Shown: positions 1 through 12,109, counted from the first letter of the stretch. The stretch: 64,000 nt of DNA from Camelus dromedarius (GCF_036321535.1 NC_087451.1:37572001-37636000), one strand, 5' to 3'. Translations and numbers: made by a program. The notes: generated by a model from the letters alone, not told the origin.

Positions 1-459
1 ACCCTCTGCTCCTCCTCAGCCCACAAGTAGCCACCCAACTGTCTTGTCCTGAAGTTCTTCATCTTGAGGAGTTAGGGATTTACACAACCACAGCTTACAG
101 GCTTACAGAGCCCCTCCATGAATTCCTGAGCACATTTAATCCTCACTACAGCACTGTGAGCGGAGAGCATCACTGCCTTCATCGTGCAGGTGTGATTTCC
201 CCACTTACAACAGGTAGAAACACTCCAGTTGAAGTCTAATGCACTTTATTTTCTTTGTGTGTATGTGTGTGTTATTTATAATTCAATTTTGGAATTAAAA
301 AATACTTAAAAATACAGTGATTAATATAACGAACATCCATATACACATCACCTAGAATTAACTCGTGTTAACATTTTGCCCAAATTACTTTAAATACTTA
401 AAAAAAAGGCAAAACAATATTTCTCTCTGCCTCCCCTCATCCATCCACCCTCCCATCTT

Positions 460-1282
460 CTATGTCAGCAAGATACAAATAGACAATAAAGACATGAAAA
501 GATGCCTAACATCACTCATCTTTATGTAAATGCAAATTAAAATCATAACGAGAGATCACGTTACAATCAGTTAGGATGGCTACTAGAAAAAACCCAGGAA
601 ACGAGAAGCACCAGCGAGGATGTGGAGAAATCGGAGCCCTTCTGTGTTGTTGGTGGGAAGGTAAAATGGAGCAGCCACTATGGAAAACAGTGTGGAGGGT
701 TCTTAAAAAATTAAAATCAGAATTACCATATGATTCAATTGCTTGGTATATGCCCTCCCCAAAGAATTGAAATCGGGGACTTGAACATATATTTACACAC
801 TCATATTCACAGCAGCATTATCCACAATAGCCAAAAGGTGGAGACAACACAANNNNNNNNNNNNNNNNNNNNNNNNNNNNNNNNNNNNNNNNNNNNNNNN
901 NNNNNNNNNNNNNNNNNNNNNNNNNNNNNNNNNNNNNNNNNNNNNNNNNNNNNNNNNNNNNNNNNNNNNNNNNNNNNNNNNNNNNNNNNNNNNNNNNNNN
1001 NNNNNNNNNNNNNNNNNNNNNNNNNNNNNNNNNNNNNNCCTAGGGCAGTCCAAGTCATAGAAACAGAAAGCAGAATTGTGGTTGCCAGGGGCCAGGGGGG
1101 AGAGGGGAGGAATGGGGATAGAGTTCCAGTCTGGGGGAGATGAAACAAGTTCTGGAGATGGATGGTAGTAATACTGGTGCACAATGTGAATGTACTAAAT
1201 ACCCTGAATTGTACATTTAAAAATCATTAAAATGGTAATTTTTATGTCATGTCCACTTTACCACCATTAAAAAAAAAAAAAA
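460..1282 (+). mobile_element. L1 (L1MB-like) 3' fragment: end of ORF2, 3' UTR and poly(A); contains N gap 853-1038
   Basis: ORF 576-770 reads like the L1 ORF2 C-terminus (GCGEIGALLCCWWEGKMEQPLWKTVWRVLKKLKSELPYD). Typical L1MB 3' UTR follows, ending in an A-run at about 1269-1282. Confidence 0.9.
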
Positions 1283-1479
1283 GTGAAAACTATTCTTACC
1301 AAGAGAGCCATATGAAAGAAAACATGCTGTTGACTGGGTGTAGCTCCAGGGTCAAGGTTCACCAACGTTTGCTCAATGTTATTATTAGTTTCATTATGGT
1401 TTTAAACGAATGAGTCATTGTGATGGTCATTATTGTTTATTACTTGTCAATGCTCATTCAGCTTCAACTACATGTTGAC

Positions 1480-2110
1480 CTAATTCTTTGCTCATCACTG
1501 TCCCTAGGATCCCACTTCCTCTTTCCAGGTCCACTTTTCTTTGTGTTGAAGTGCATCCTTTAATGATTCTCTCATTGATGGCTTTGAAATGTAAACTGTG
1601 TTTTTGTCTGAAAATGTCTTTATTTTACCCTCATTACTATTGTACCCTAACAGTATTTTGATTATTACTATTAAATGATTGCTTAGCTGAATAAAGAATG
1701 ATTGGTTGAGAGTAATCCTCTCTGCATTTCCGATATTATTTCCTCCTTTCACCCTGTCTTGTTGCTGATGAGAAGTCCAATTGTTGTTGCTTTATAGATT
1801 GTTCTTCTCTGGTTCACTTCTAAGAACAGGTCTTTGTCTTGAGCGTCCTGCAGTTTCCCTGCAGTGTGTCTAGAGCTGGAAGTTTGCCCCTGTGTATCCT
1901 GCTGGGGATGGTGCTGCTTCAATCTGAGTTTTCAGGTCTTGTTTCCATTCTCATCCACTGTCTCTTTGAATAATGTTCCTCCTTCCTCTCCCTTCTCTCC
2001 GGTGTCTTTGGCAGCTCCTATTAGATGTTTGTTATACTTTAGAGGGATGTCCCGTCTTTTTTCTCAGTCCCCTTTTCCTGTCCTGGGCAGCCTTTCAGGT
2101 ATTCTGGCTT
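1480..2110 (-). mobile_element. Decayed L1/HAL1 ORF1 remnant
   Basis: Minus-strand ORF 1504-1752 contains EGKIKTFSDK...SKPSMRESLKDAL, matching the L1 ORF1p C-terminal motif EGxIKTFxDK...RPxLxExLKxxL. Confidence 0.75.
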
Positions 2111-2734
2111 GATGGAGGGGACTTAGTTCTGGCCCTTCAAGTCTCTGGGCCTCCTGTTGCTCTCCCTCAGGGACTATGTAATTGTTATCTTCATTCAGAG
2201 TTATTGCCACATTTTATAACAGAGGGGAGTCCATGGTAGCTCGGCTGTCCTGTTGCAGGAACTAGAAGTTCATCCAAAGCCTTCTTTTCCACCNNNNNNN
2301 NNNNNNNNNNNNNNNNNNNNNNNNNNNNNNNNNNNNNNNNNNNNNNNNNNNNNNNNNNNNNNNNNNNNNNNNNNNNNNNNNNNNNNNNNNNNNNNNNNNN
2401 NNNNNNNNNNNNNNNNNNNNNNCATACATTTCATATATTTATGTGTATATAGTTCATATACATTTCTCAAATTGTCAAGTTATACCATTTCCTGCTCCAT
2501 TGTAGCTCCATTTTAACAGAGATGTCTGGCTCAAGAAAATGCATTTCCAAACTTAGAATTGTAGGCACCACAATTTGGTGGCAGGGAGATTTACACTCCC
2601 TGAGTGGCTCTGGCTCTGGCCTTGCCCTGAAATGTCTCTTCACTCTGCACCCTGCACACACAAATGAGTCTATACCATCCACTGTCACCATTCCACCCAC
2701 CCATCCATCTGTCCATCCATCTGATGGTCTCACT

Positions 2735-3242
2735 GATGTGGTATGAACTTTACTTTAAGCTGAAAATATCTGAACAAACAGCAGTGGAAGAAAAAGCCCT
2801 TACTTACACTTTTTTTTTTTCCTGACTTAAACAAAGCCTCAAAAATACAGCTGCCGCAAATCCCCTCTCTGGGAGGTTTACATCCAGAAAGAAGATGGAC
2901 CATTTGCACCTGGATGAGAAATTCCATAAACAGAGTCTTTCCAAAACTTTCTATACCCTTTGCTTTTTTCTCCTATTTGTTTCTCATTAGTTTCCCATCA
3001 TTTGCTTTCCCTTGAAGTCTTAACCCCCCTTTTTATTAAGATGGTATATAAACCCTTAACCCGTTGTACAGGAGCCATTTCTTTGTGTGTGCTCATGTGC
3101 GTGAATAAACTTGATCTTTTCTCGGTGAATCTGAGAATGAACCTCTGACCATTAATCTGCTCACCTGTTCTTGTCAGTTAATTGGCAAATCCCCAACCAC
3201 TGGACATAAGTTGATAGGGCGAAAAGTTTTCTCCTTCCTAAC
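2735..3242 (+). mobile_element. ERV1 solo LTR, MER34/MER39-like, slightly 5'-truncated
   Basis: TATATAAA at about 3045, AATAAA at about 3105, and a 3' end 'aaaagttttctccttcctaaca' resembling the MER34/39 terminus. The 5' part 'tttaagctgaaaa...cagcag' resembles the remembered consensus. Confidence 0.7.
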
Positions 3243-3354
3243 ATTTCTATCTGTCTATCCATTCAGTTTCATAGAGGGTCTACTAGGTATTTGGTGTGTT
3301 GCCATGAAAAAAATGAGGTCCTCCTCTCAATAATTCATAGTGTAGCTGGGGAGC

Positions 3355-3900
3355 ACACTTTTTTATTGACATATAGTGGATGTGCAATATCATGTAAGTT
3401 ACAGGTGTGCAATACAGTGATTCATGATTTTGAATGGTTATAGACCCCATTTGCAGTTATTATGTTCCCCGTGTTGTACAATATCCCCTGTAGCTTATTT
3501 TATACCTAATGGTTTATACTTCTTAGTCCCCCTACCCCTGTGTCACCCCTCCCCGCTTCCCTCTCCCCGCTTGTAACCACTAGTTTGTTCTTGATACCTG
3601 TGAGTCGGCTTCCATTTTGTTATATTCACTAGTTTGTCGTATTTTTTTAGATTCCACGTATAAGTGATATCAGACTNNNNNNNNNNNNNNNNNNNNNNNN
3701 NNNNNNNNNNNNNNNNNNNNNNNNNNNNNNNNNNNNNNNNNNNNNNNNNNNNNNNNNNNNNNNNNNNNNNNNNNNNNNNNNNNNNNNNNNNNNNNNNNNN
3801 NNNNNNNNNNNNNNNNNNNNNNNNNNNNNNNNNNNNNNNNNNNNNNNNNNNNNNTTAAAAGTATGCATAATTTTAAGATCAATCCACCATGTCAAATCAT
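3355..3900 (-). mobile_element. L1 3' end (laurasiatherian/cetartiodactyl type); contains N gap 3677-3854
   Basis: T-run followed by 'attgacatatagt...gtaagttacaggtgtgcaatacagtgattca', the reverse complement of an L1 3' UTR. Confidence 0.85.
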
Positions 3901-5179
3901 CTTTAAAAGTCTACAAATCTAGACGTCTACCGACATGAAGGTCTGAGGGCAGTCATTTCCTCGCATCCTGGTTAGAGCTGACGTTGACTCTGTCATGTTG
4001 TCTGCACTGCATTTACTCAGCAGGGAGACCATCTGGGGTTGAGCACTTTCTTCTAGAGCCAGGGCACAAGGCTGAGTGTGCTGGGGCCCTCGTCTCCCTG
4101 CACGCTCCTGACCCTGGGAGGACAGGACAGTGGGGATGGTCACGGAGAGCGAGAGGCATGTGCCTCCCTGCCTGTCCTCTGGGGCAGCCCAGCCTCGCTG
4201 GGGCTTTGGGTGCTTGTTGTTTGGTGCCCCCGTCACCCGTGGTCTCAGCATACAGCTTCACAGGAAGTGAGGGAATCTTTATTATGACCTCAGTTACAAT
4301 CCACTTCGCATCATTTCAATATGTGATTTATTTTCCCAAGAGGTGGTGATATGCTTGGGATCAGGTGCTAGTCATCTTTTGCACAGATGCCAAAGATACA
4401 GAAAAGCCTAGGTTCCTGGAGGGTAGGGACATGATGATCAGTTTTCAGCCTTCTTCTGGGGGTTCTGCCCTTGAGGCGGCCAGTTCCCCCCACTACCTTC
4501 CCCAGCAATGCACTCGTGTGACACCTCCCTCCTCCCCCGAGCCTCCTTACCAGGTCTCAGGGTATCAGCTACCAGGTCAGGCCATCCTAACCCCAGAAAA
4601 TGACTCAGGTCCCTCAGGTGCACCAGGGACCCTCTTTGTGGGAAGTCCCGCCCAGGAGAGGCGGGCTCCAGACTTGCTGAAATAGAAGAGGCAGGTTCTG
4701 CCGATGTCTGCTTAAAATTCCTGTTGCCATAGCAGCGTGGCATTAGGCCACGGGTGATCCGGCTGCACAGAGCTTTGATCTCAGGGAAGGCAAGGTTTCT
4801 TTTGCTCTTGAGCTGGTTCTGAGGGGACACCGCCTTGGGGTCAAGCTTTGGCTTTGCTCCTGGGCCTGGGGATTGTCCCAGAAGTGGAAAGCTGGGGACA
4901 GGAAGACAAAGAATGAGACCCTCAGAAGTCGGCTAAGCCCTGAGACTGAGGCTCTATTCTGGGGGAGCTGGCTCGAAACCCTCAGGGCAAGAGATCTGGA
5001 TCTGAAGAGAGCAGTTGGATGGGTCTGTAATGAGGGTTCGGTATGCACTGCTTGACTTGCAAGGAAATTGCAAATGAGATGGTTTGTGTGTGTGTTTAGC
5101 AACCCAGCTAAGGAAGAGAGTGGTTTATCAATAGACGTGGCCTGGCTCATCAAGTCTCAACAATGTCAATAATTTAAGG

Positions 5180-5640
5180 ATTCACTGAACAGCCATTCTG
5201 AGGACTTACTGTGTGTTTGGTGCTGGAAGATTCAAGAATGGTTTGTGTCGCCATCAGCCCTCAAGGACTTCCTACGAAGTCAGGGCACTAAAACACGCAT
5301 GAAAATGATACAAAGCAGAATGTGATAAATTGCCTAGAGAGTACAGAGTTTCAGAGAAGGGAGATCACCCTGCCGGCGCCATCAGGGTTTTCACAGATGA
5401 GCTGAGGTTGAACCTTAAATGAGAGGGGAAGGAAGAGCAGAGGAATGGCGCTTTATGTGGACATCCTTGTAGACATAATGGAAATACTGATAGTCTGGGA
5501 GTAGGTGAGAATATTGAGGGACAGAGCCGAGGGCGAGAAGAGGAGATAGAAGAGCAGAATCTAGAAGAGTGTGGATGTGAGAGTGGACGAGAGGAATTCA
5601 GAGGGATGCTTGGCGGTGTTGAGGACCCACGGGCGGTTAC
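5180..5640 (-). mobile_element. L2 3' fragment
   Basis: 'ttcactgaacagccattctgaggacttactgtgtg...gccctcaaggactt' followed by a purine-rich stretch typical of antisense L2. Confidence 0.7.
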
Positions 5641-5901
5641 ACAGCATGAGCCCCGGAGTGGGTGTGAGTTGTTTGGCTGCTCCGTGTCACGAGAGTTCTC
5701 ACAGCAAATGACAACAACTTACCCTGTGTCTAAAGGTATGTCCTTCCGTCCATTCTCCCCGCACGCTAACTCTGCATATTTGACCAACGGATCCTACCAT
5801 GGAGAATGACCACTGTGACGCCCTTCAAATATACTCTCCCTTGTGTGTGTGTCAAACACAAATGAAACAGTACTGTAAATATCTGCTTTTGAATTTACTT
5901 T

Positions 5902-5939
5902 AAACTATTCTCAAATTTAATTAAATTTGAGAATAGTTT
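5902..5939. repeat. Perfect 38-bp palindrome
   Basis: aaactattctcaaatttaa|ttaaatttgagaatagttt; all 19 base pairs checked by hand. Confidence 0.97.
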
Positions 5940-6420
5940 TAGATTTACAGAAAAGCTGCAAAGTAGTACAGAGAGAGTTCCCATAAACCTTTCAACCAGT
6001 TTAATACCTACTTTTTCACCTACTTTGCCATGAACACTTTCCCATGACAACACATGTTCATCTCAACATCATTTTTAATAATAGTGTTGTATTCAATTGT
6101 AGGGGATACAGCACATTTATTTAATTAATCCCACTTTGTTGGATATTTGGGGTATTGCTAAGTTTTCACTTTGGCAGGTGTTTCTTACAAAAAGAAAATT
6201 CCTAGAAATACGACTGCTTGTCAAATGAGAGGAAATTTGTGAATGCTCTTCACATCTGTTGGTCATTTGCCTTCTGGAAAAATACTCTCCGTAGAATATA
6301 TGAGCACCCATTTGACATGCTGTGGGTATTATGATTTTAAAAGGGCATTTCAAAAAAACCACCACGAACAGAGCTGTGTTCCCTAAACCCAGAGTGCCAC
6401 TTCCTTCTTCCAGAAATTTT
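5921..6420 (-). mobile_element. L1M 3' fragments
   Basis: 'aatagttttagatttacagaaaagctgcaaagtagtacagagagagttccca' is a typical antisense L1 3' end; further degenerate L1-like sequence follows. Confidence 0.75.
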
Positions 6421-6839
6421 CTCATGCTCTTCTACCGTCCTGCCTGGCAAACACTCACCCATTTTTCCAAGACTCATTTCAAGCGGTGTCTTCTCTAGGA
6501 AGCCCTGATGTACCCCTCTTCTGTCCCTTTCCAGCCTTTTATTTGGCCTGTCTTTCTCTCCTTTGCACCCAACTCTTGGGGTCATCTTAGGCAAGGTCAA
6601 GTTCTCATTTTCTAGTTTGCCAATGTTAAAAAAAAAATGTACCATAGGGCCTGAACGTAGAGAGGGGACAGAGTCTAATTACATGTTGAGTGTGATCACT
6701 CAACTCAAGAAGACGGTGTGGGTGGGATGGTGTGGGTGGGAAAGAAGGGATTGATTCTGGAGCCCAGAAAAAGGTGAAGCCAAAGAGTTTGGTAAGCAAG
6801 TTGTGAGGGGGTGAGGGTAAGTGAAAAGGGAGAATGTAG

Positions 6840-6990
6840 GTGTTATTAATTGGTGTTCTCCAGAGAAACAGGATCAAAAGGAGATACGGAGGTAGGTAAG
6901 TAGGTAGTTATCAGTTTTGATATAGATGGATAGATAGATAGATATCTAGAGAGAAATTGTAAGAAATTGGCTCACATAATAGTAGTCGTT
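6840..6990 (-). mobile_element. MLT2 (ERVL) LTR fragment with TAGA repeat
   Basis: 'ttctccagagaaacagga...gatagatagataga...gaaattggctcaca' is the antisense MLT2 3' end. Confidence 0.8.
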
Positions 6991-7229
6991 CCAGGCTAAA
7001 CACTGTGCTGGGCTCATTGACCTACATGGTCTTATATTGTGTCAACATCACTAACTTGTAAAGTACATGTAGTCAGTGAGTGCATGTAATTAATACCTTT
7101 CAAGAAAAGTCTAGAAGGCTTAGAGAATATTTTAGTGGTGTGGATGATACCTCTCCTACTTTTATCTGCCAGGGCAGGGACGTTCAAACTCTTTTGACTG
7201 CTGTCCATGATTAGAAACACGTTTTACAT

Positions 7230-7630
7230 GGTGGTGCGGATGCTGTAGGTCCTCCGTCCATATTCCTGAGGTCACTGCAGACAGTTCCTCCTTTCTCTGT
7301 TGGCTGTCCCATCTCTTGGCCTGAAGGTGTTCTCTGGCCATAGGGGCATACTTGGTCTGTGCATAGGGAAGCGTTCTGGGGAGCTGAAACCCAAGCAAGA
7401 CCCTGACCAATGGAGGACCAGCATTTGCAGGCCAGCCCTCCAGCTCCCTCATTTTTGGCAGGACGACTCCAGTGGCCCATAGTGGTAGCCCACCCCTAAC
7501 ACACACTTCATTAGCTTCCTGCCTTCCTATCTCATTTACCCCATGACCTCACAGTGCTTTCTGGAATCACCCCCCAAATAAGCAACTTGCTCCCAAATCC
7601 TTGTCTCAGGGTTTCTCTGACAGGGAAAGG
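7230..7630 (+). mobile_element. ERVL LTR (LTR16/LTR33-like)
   Basis: 3' end 'ctttctggaatcacccccaaataagcaacttgctcccaaatccttgtctcaggg' resembles the LTR16/33 poly(A) region. The 5' boundary is uncertain. Confidence 0.6.
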
Positions 7631-8269
7631 GGATGGTGGTGATGATGTATGGTGACCCGGGGCATTCACATCCAGAACAGAGTTTCAAGCAACAGTGCTT
7701 ACCCTCATCCATCAAATGCATTCTGGTCCTTTCTTTTCTCTTCTGCTGGACGTGATCCTCTAAATTGATCTGATGACCCACTCCTGGGTCTCAGCCTGCA
7801 GTTTGAAAGTCATCATCCCAGAGGGTAAGTGTATTCTAAAGAGCTGGGTCTCGACCGGAGGGGCAGTTTGGTAGCTGAAGGCTCCCTTGGGAGGCACAGT
7901 GAGTAGCCGGGGTCAGCTGGGAGGGTTTCTAACAGCCTGTAGACGCCTCCAGTTCATCAGATTTCAAACCAACCCTTCTTGTCAAGGGGTCACTTCATGG
8001 GCCTCTACTGACCATTCTGGCCCAAAGCCAGATGGAAACAATACCTCCGTTTTCTCTGCAGAGTCCTTCGGGTCACCCCCAAGAAGACCAGGGCTCGGAG
8101 TGAGGGTGGGGAGAGTGATTAGGAAGGAGGAGGAGGAGGAGGCGATGTGAATTTTCAAAGGTCAGCTGGAGTATGACTAGCGAATGCTTGGAGATTTATT
8201 CCAAGTGCCTTTCCTGACTGGAAAAACAACAATAAAAGAAAAAAAAGAAAAAAACCAAAGCCACAAGTG

Positions 8270-8496
8270 GGGTAGAAGTTGAACACTTTAATTCGTCAGG
8301 AAAAGGACTTGAATAATTGATGCTGCCGTCATGCCAAAGATAATTTCAGCGCGCTCCCCATCGCACAAAGACATTTAGCATTGATTGAGATCAAAGTATC
8401 TAGAACCCCTGCTGCTCGGCTGAAAGGCGAGGCTCGCCTCGGCCTTTCTCCGCTCTGATAATGCCGTCTTTATGTAGTTAATAAACTGCACACTTC
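8270..8496. promoter_or_regulatory. Candidate enhancer or conserved non-coding element
   Basis: No repeat recognised. AGATCAAAG (TCF/LEF) 8388-8396, AGATAA 8338-8343, ACAAAG 8365-8370, TGATTGA 8382-8388 and TAAT cores. Called from motifs only. Confidence 0.4.
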
Positions 8497-8678
8497 NNNN
8501 NNNNNNNNNNNNNNNNNNNNNNNNNNNNNNNNNNNNNNNNNNNNNNNNNNNNNNNNNNNNNNNNNNNNNNNNNNNNNNNNNNNNNNNNNNNNNNNNNNNN
8601 NNNNNNNNNNNNNNNNNNNNNNNNNNNNNNNNNNNNNNNNNNNNNNNNNNNNNNNNNNNNGGTACTTCAGTCATCAAG

Positions 8679-8698
8679 GAGAGAGAGAGAGAGAGAGA
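8679..8698 (+). repeat. (GA)n microsatellite
   Basis: About 10 GA units read directly from the sequence. Confidence 0.9.
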
Positions 8699-9289
8699 TG
8701 TGATGAAAGATACTGGCTTATCAACCCAAAGGCAGTACCAGGTGTTTCATTGTTATTATTTTTTCTACTGTGCAAGCATCAGGTGGTTCGCTTATCAATG
8801 AGTGTCCTTGTTAAACGATGTACTTGAACTAGGTCAGACTGTTCGATTTTCACCTTGGCCCCAATCTGAACTTTGTCTCGGCTTCGTTCAGCCTGCCCAC
8901 CCCTCTCGCCTCTCCTGGCCCCCCACCCCCACCCCCAGGTTCTGTGTGCTGGCTTCCTTGGCTGCTCTTTGGGGAAGAGCAGCAGAGGTCTACATCGCTG
9001 CCTTTCAGCGCTGGCTTGTTTGTTATCGAACAGCTTGTCTGCCCCTCCTTTGCCTCTGAGACTCACTGGCTTGCTGGGTGAGGGCATCCTGTACACACGT
9101 GTCTGGGGAGATGCAGCCACTCAAAGCAGGGATGTCCTGGGACTGAGAGCCCCATTGCACCAGCACACGCCCTCCTGTGGCCAGGCTCTGTTGTCGTGTA
9201 TTTTGAAGAATGACAACTACAAAACACACCTAAGACCTCCCACCTGACACCCCCCACAACCCCCTCAAACTGCTATTGGATGAGTGTTT

Positions 9290-9670
9290 CAAGATGGATT
9301 TTCTAGAGGAGGTTCTCAAGTGAATGATTTATTTATAGTGGGAGGTTCTTAGGAGAAAAGCCTCTAAGGAAGTGAAGAAAGCAGGAGAGAGGAAGAAACC
9401 TAGCCAAGAAGTCGGGTCTCAGCCTGATCCCACAGGGAGCCGTGGAACATGAATAGAACCGCAGGTGGTTCTACGCACGGGCAAGGGGGCTGGCCTTGTT
9501 CCCGGTGCCAGTCGGCCATTGGCTGCGGGCCGCGCTGGGGGCGGGCTGACATTCCAGGCACTTCCCAGACGGGCGAGTCCTCTAGGCCAAGGGCGATTCT
9601 CCAGGTAACAGCACAGCCGTGAGCCTTTGCAGTCAACACGCCCAACAGGTGGGATCAGCCCGGCAAAGAG
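9290..9670 (-). mobile_element. ERVL LTR (LTR33/LTR16-like)
   Basis: 'ctcagcctgatcccacagggagc...gcaagggggctgg...cattggctg...ggccaagggcgattctcc...agccgtgagcc...gcagtcaacac' matches the remembered antisense LTR33/16. Minus-strand AATAAA at 9328-9333. Confidence 0.75.
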
Positions 9671-9824
9671 GTTCTGGGCAGGGAGCATGCAGGGTAAATC
9701 AAAACAGCTATCAGAAGATTTTAGAAAATGTACATATCATTTAACCTAGCAGTGTTGCTTTTAGGTTTTTATCCGGAGGAAAATATGGGCTATCACCACC
9801 ACCAGCATCATCTTCATCACCCTT

Positions 9825-9985
9825 GGCTGAGCATGTATTTGGTGGGCACTTTACAACTTCGCATCTAGTATCTCATTGACTTCTTCCACTGATTCTGTGC
9901 GGTATGGCTAACGTTTTATAAATCAAGAAATGGAGACTTAGAGAGGTTATTACTCTTGCCTTAGATCCCACAGATTTAGAATGGC
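9825..9985 (-). mobile_element. MIR SINE
   Basis: Core 'aagaaatggagacttagagaggtta'. Confidence 0.7.
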
Positions 9986-10040
9986 ACGCCCATGAGACGT
10001 GCATGGCGGTGTTAGTTACGGTAATAAAGATTTGGAAATT

Positions 10041-10309
10041 CAGACAGTCCCCAGCTTACAGCAATCTGACATGATTTTTCAACGGTACAATTTCGAATGC
10101 AAATCGCATGAGAGATTCAATGCTTCATTATAAAGTAGGCTTTGTGTGAGATGATTTTGCCCAACTGGAGGCTATCGTAAGTGTTCTGAGCATGTTTAAG
10201 GTCAGCTAGGCTAAGCTACGATGTTTGGTAGCTTTTCGACCTAAGATATTTTCAATTTACAGTGGGTTTATTGGGATGCAAACCCATCACAAGTCAAGGA
10301 AGATGTGTA
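10041..10309 (-). mobile_element. Tigger3/MER7-like non-autonomous TcMar DNA transposon
   Basis: Degenerate terminal inverted repeats (cagacagtccccagcttac ... cacaagtcaaggaagatgtgta) and internal 'gctaggctaagctacgatgtttggt', 'gttctgagcatgtttaagg'. Confidence 0.8.
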
Positions 10310-11534
10310 ATGTATTTCTCCAACACTGGGTAGAGTCAAGTAATGCATGACGGCATGCAGTCAATAAAAAAAAATACCATAATGATACAGGGATGGGTCC
10401 ATAACCCATCACTATATGGAAAAATGAGGCCACAAAGCCGCATCGTACTGGCGTGTGTGTGCGGGCACGTGTAGACAATATCTTTCCAACATTAAGGGAT
10501 ATTTTTGTATCTCCATTTCCTTTTACCCTTTGCTGAACCCCCTCCCAGCCCACTATCTTGGCATTAAAGTTCAGCTCTTTGGTGTGTTTGGCCTCGGGGA
10601 AGGGATGTGACCTGGAAAGCAGTGGAAAGGGAGAGTGGTCAGGGTTGGGGGCTTGAAAAACAGAAAGGTCCTCAGGGCCGAGACATCAGAAGACATGATG
10701 ACAAACTTTCCCCCAGCCCCACCCCAGACAAAGATCCCCTGGGATTAAGATTGGAGGGTGGAGGATGGAGGGATAGTGGGGGGGTTGTTGAGGAGAGGGA
10801 GAGGGGCTGAGAGTTTAGATGCTGGAGGGTTCCTGAGAAAAAGTCCAGCACCTTACCCTCACTTGGGTGAGCCTGCTGAGGGCTGAGTGTAGGTGGGGGC
10901 TACTTCAAAGGCTCGAAGAACCAAGGGGATCTGAGGTCAATTCCTCAGAGGGACTTTGACTCAACAGGGATGCTGTGTGGAGAGGGTCCTGTGATGCGCC
11001 CTCTACGGCCACTATGGTGCACCCTGGCTTACCCCCAGCTCCAGGGGACCCATGCAGCAGAGGTGCTGGACCACAGGGCTTGCAGATGGGAGAGAGGGGT
11101 AATGGGCAGTGAACCACGTAGCTGGTTCCATGGACCAGATCCATGGACCAGATCCCCTTGTGCCCTGTTTCCTCCTCCTCCTCTTCTCTTCCTCCTCCAC
11201 CTGCCGTGGGCATTTGGATACAACTCCAGGGAAAAGAGGAGGATTGAAGTGATGAGATTGAACCCCTGCCTGCAGCAGCATGGGCTCGTAACAGAAATCA
11301 AGGTTAATTAGAGGAAATAAAGACCTATTTCTTGCCAACCTGAAGCTGTGGACCAGAATTTAGGCACAGGAAAGGAGTAAGAGGACACACAAAATTATGA
11401 TTCAGTGGTTATCACGGAGTGATTTCTCTTTCCTTTGGGGTGCTTTCCTGTGTTTTTCAAGTGTTTGGCAATAGAACATTCATTAATTTTGAAATTAGAA
11501 AAAACAGTTTATTTCAGATCCTTCTCCAAGAACA

Positions 11535-11760
11535 ACAATAATGGCTCACACTTACTAAGGATGCTTGACATGCCTGGTATGGGGCTGGCCACTTTATATG
11601 ACCCCATTCCTTCCTCACAACTGCCTTATGGGGTAGGGACTGCCATACATAGTTCACAGATGAGAAATCTGAGGCTCAGAGAGGTTAAGCAACTTACCTA
11701 ATGTGGCAGAAATATGTTCATGGTGTAGGTCTGACTCCAGGCTCTGCGCTTTTCTACCCC
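11535..11760 (-). mobile_element. MIR SINE
   Basis: 'cacagatgagaaatctgaggctcagagaggttaagcaacttacc'. Confidence 0.9.
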
Positions 11761-12109
11761 ACCTCACTGTCTATCAGAGCAGGGTTTTTTTTTTTGTTTG
11801 TTTTTCCCTGCTAAACACAAAATTAGCCAAAGCATCTGGGATAGGGTTAGAGATTCCAGGCGAGCACAGGTGCTGAGCAGAGCTGGCCTTGCCAATAAAC
11901 AGAAGAGTCCGTACAAAGGGCTGGCCAGCATGGGGCCTGAGGACACAGCTGTCTGTACAGTGGGAAAGGAGAGCTTGCCATGATGAATTATACTGATGCC
12001 ACAATGAAAGAATCGTTTTTGAAAGAATTGAACTGTTTTTAAAAGACAGAGGCACATGAATCACATCAACATTGATCTACTCAGCGTAATTCTGGAACCA
12101 GACAGTATT

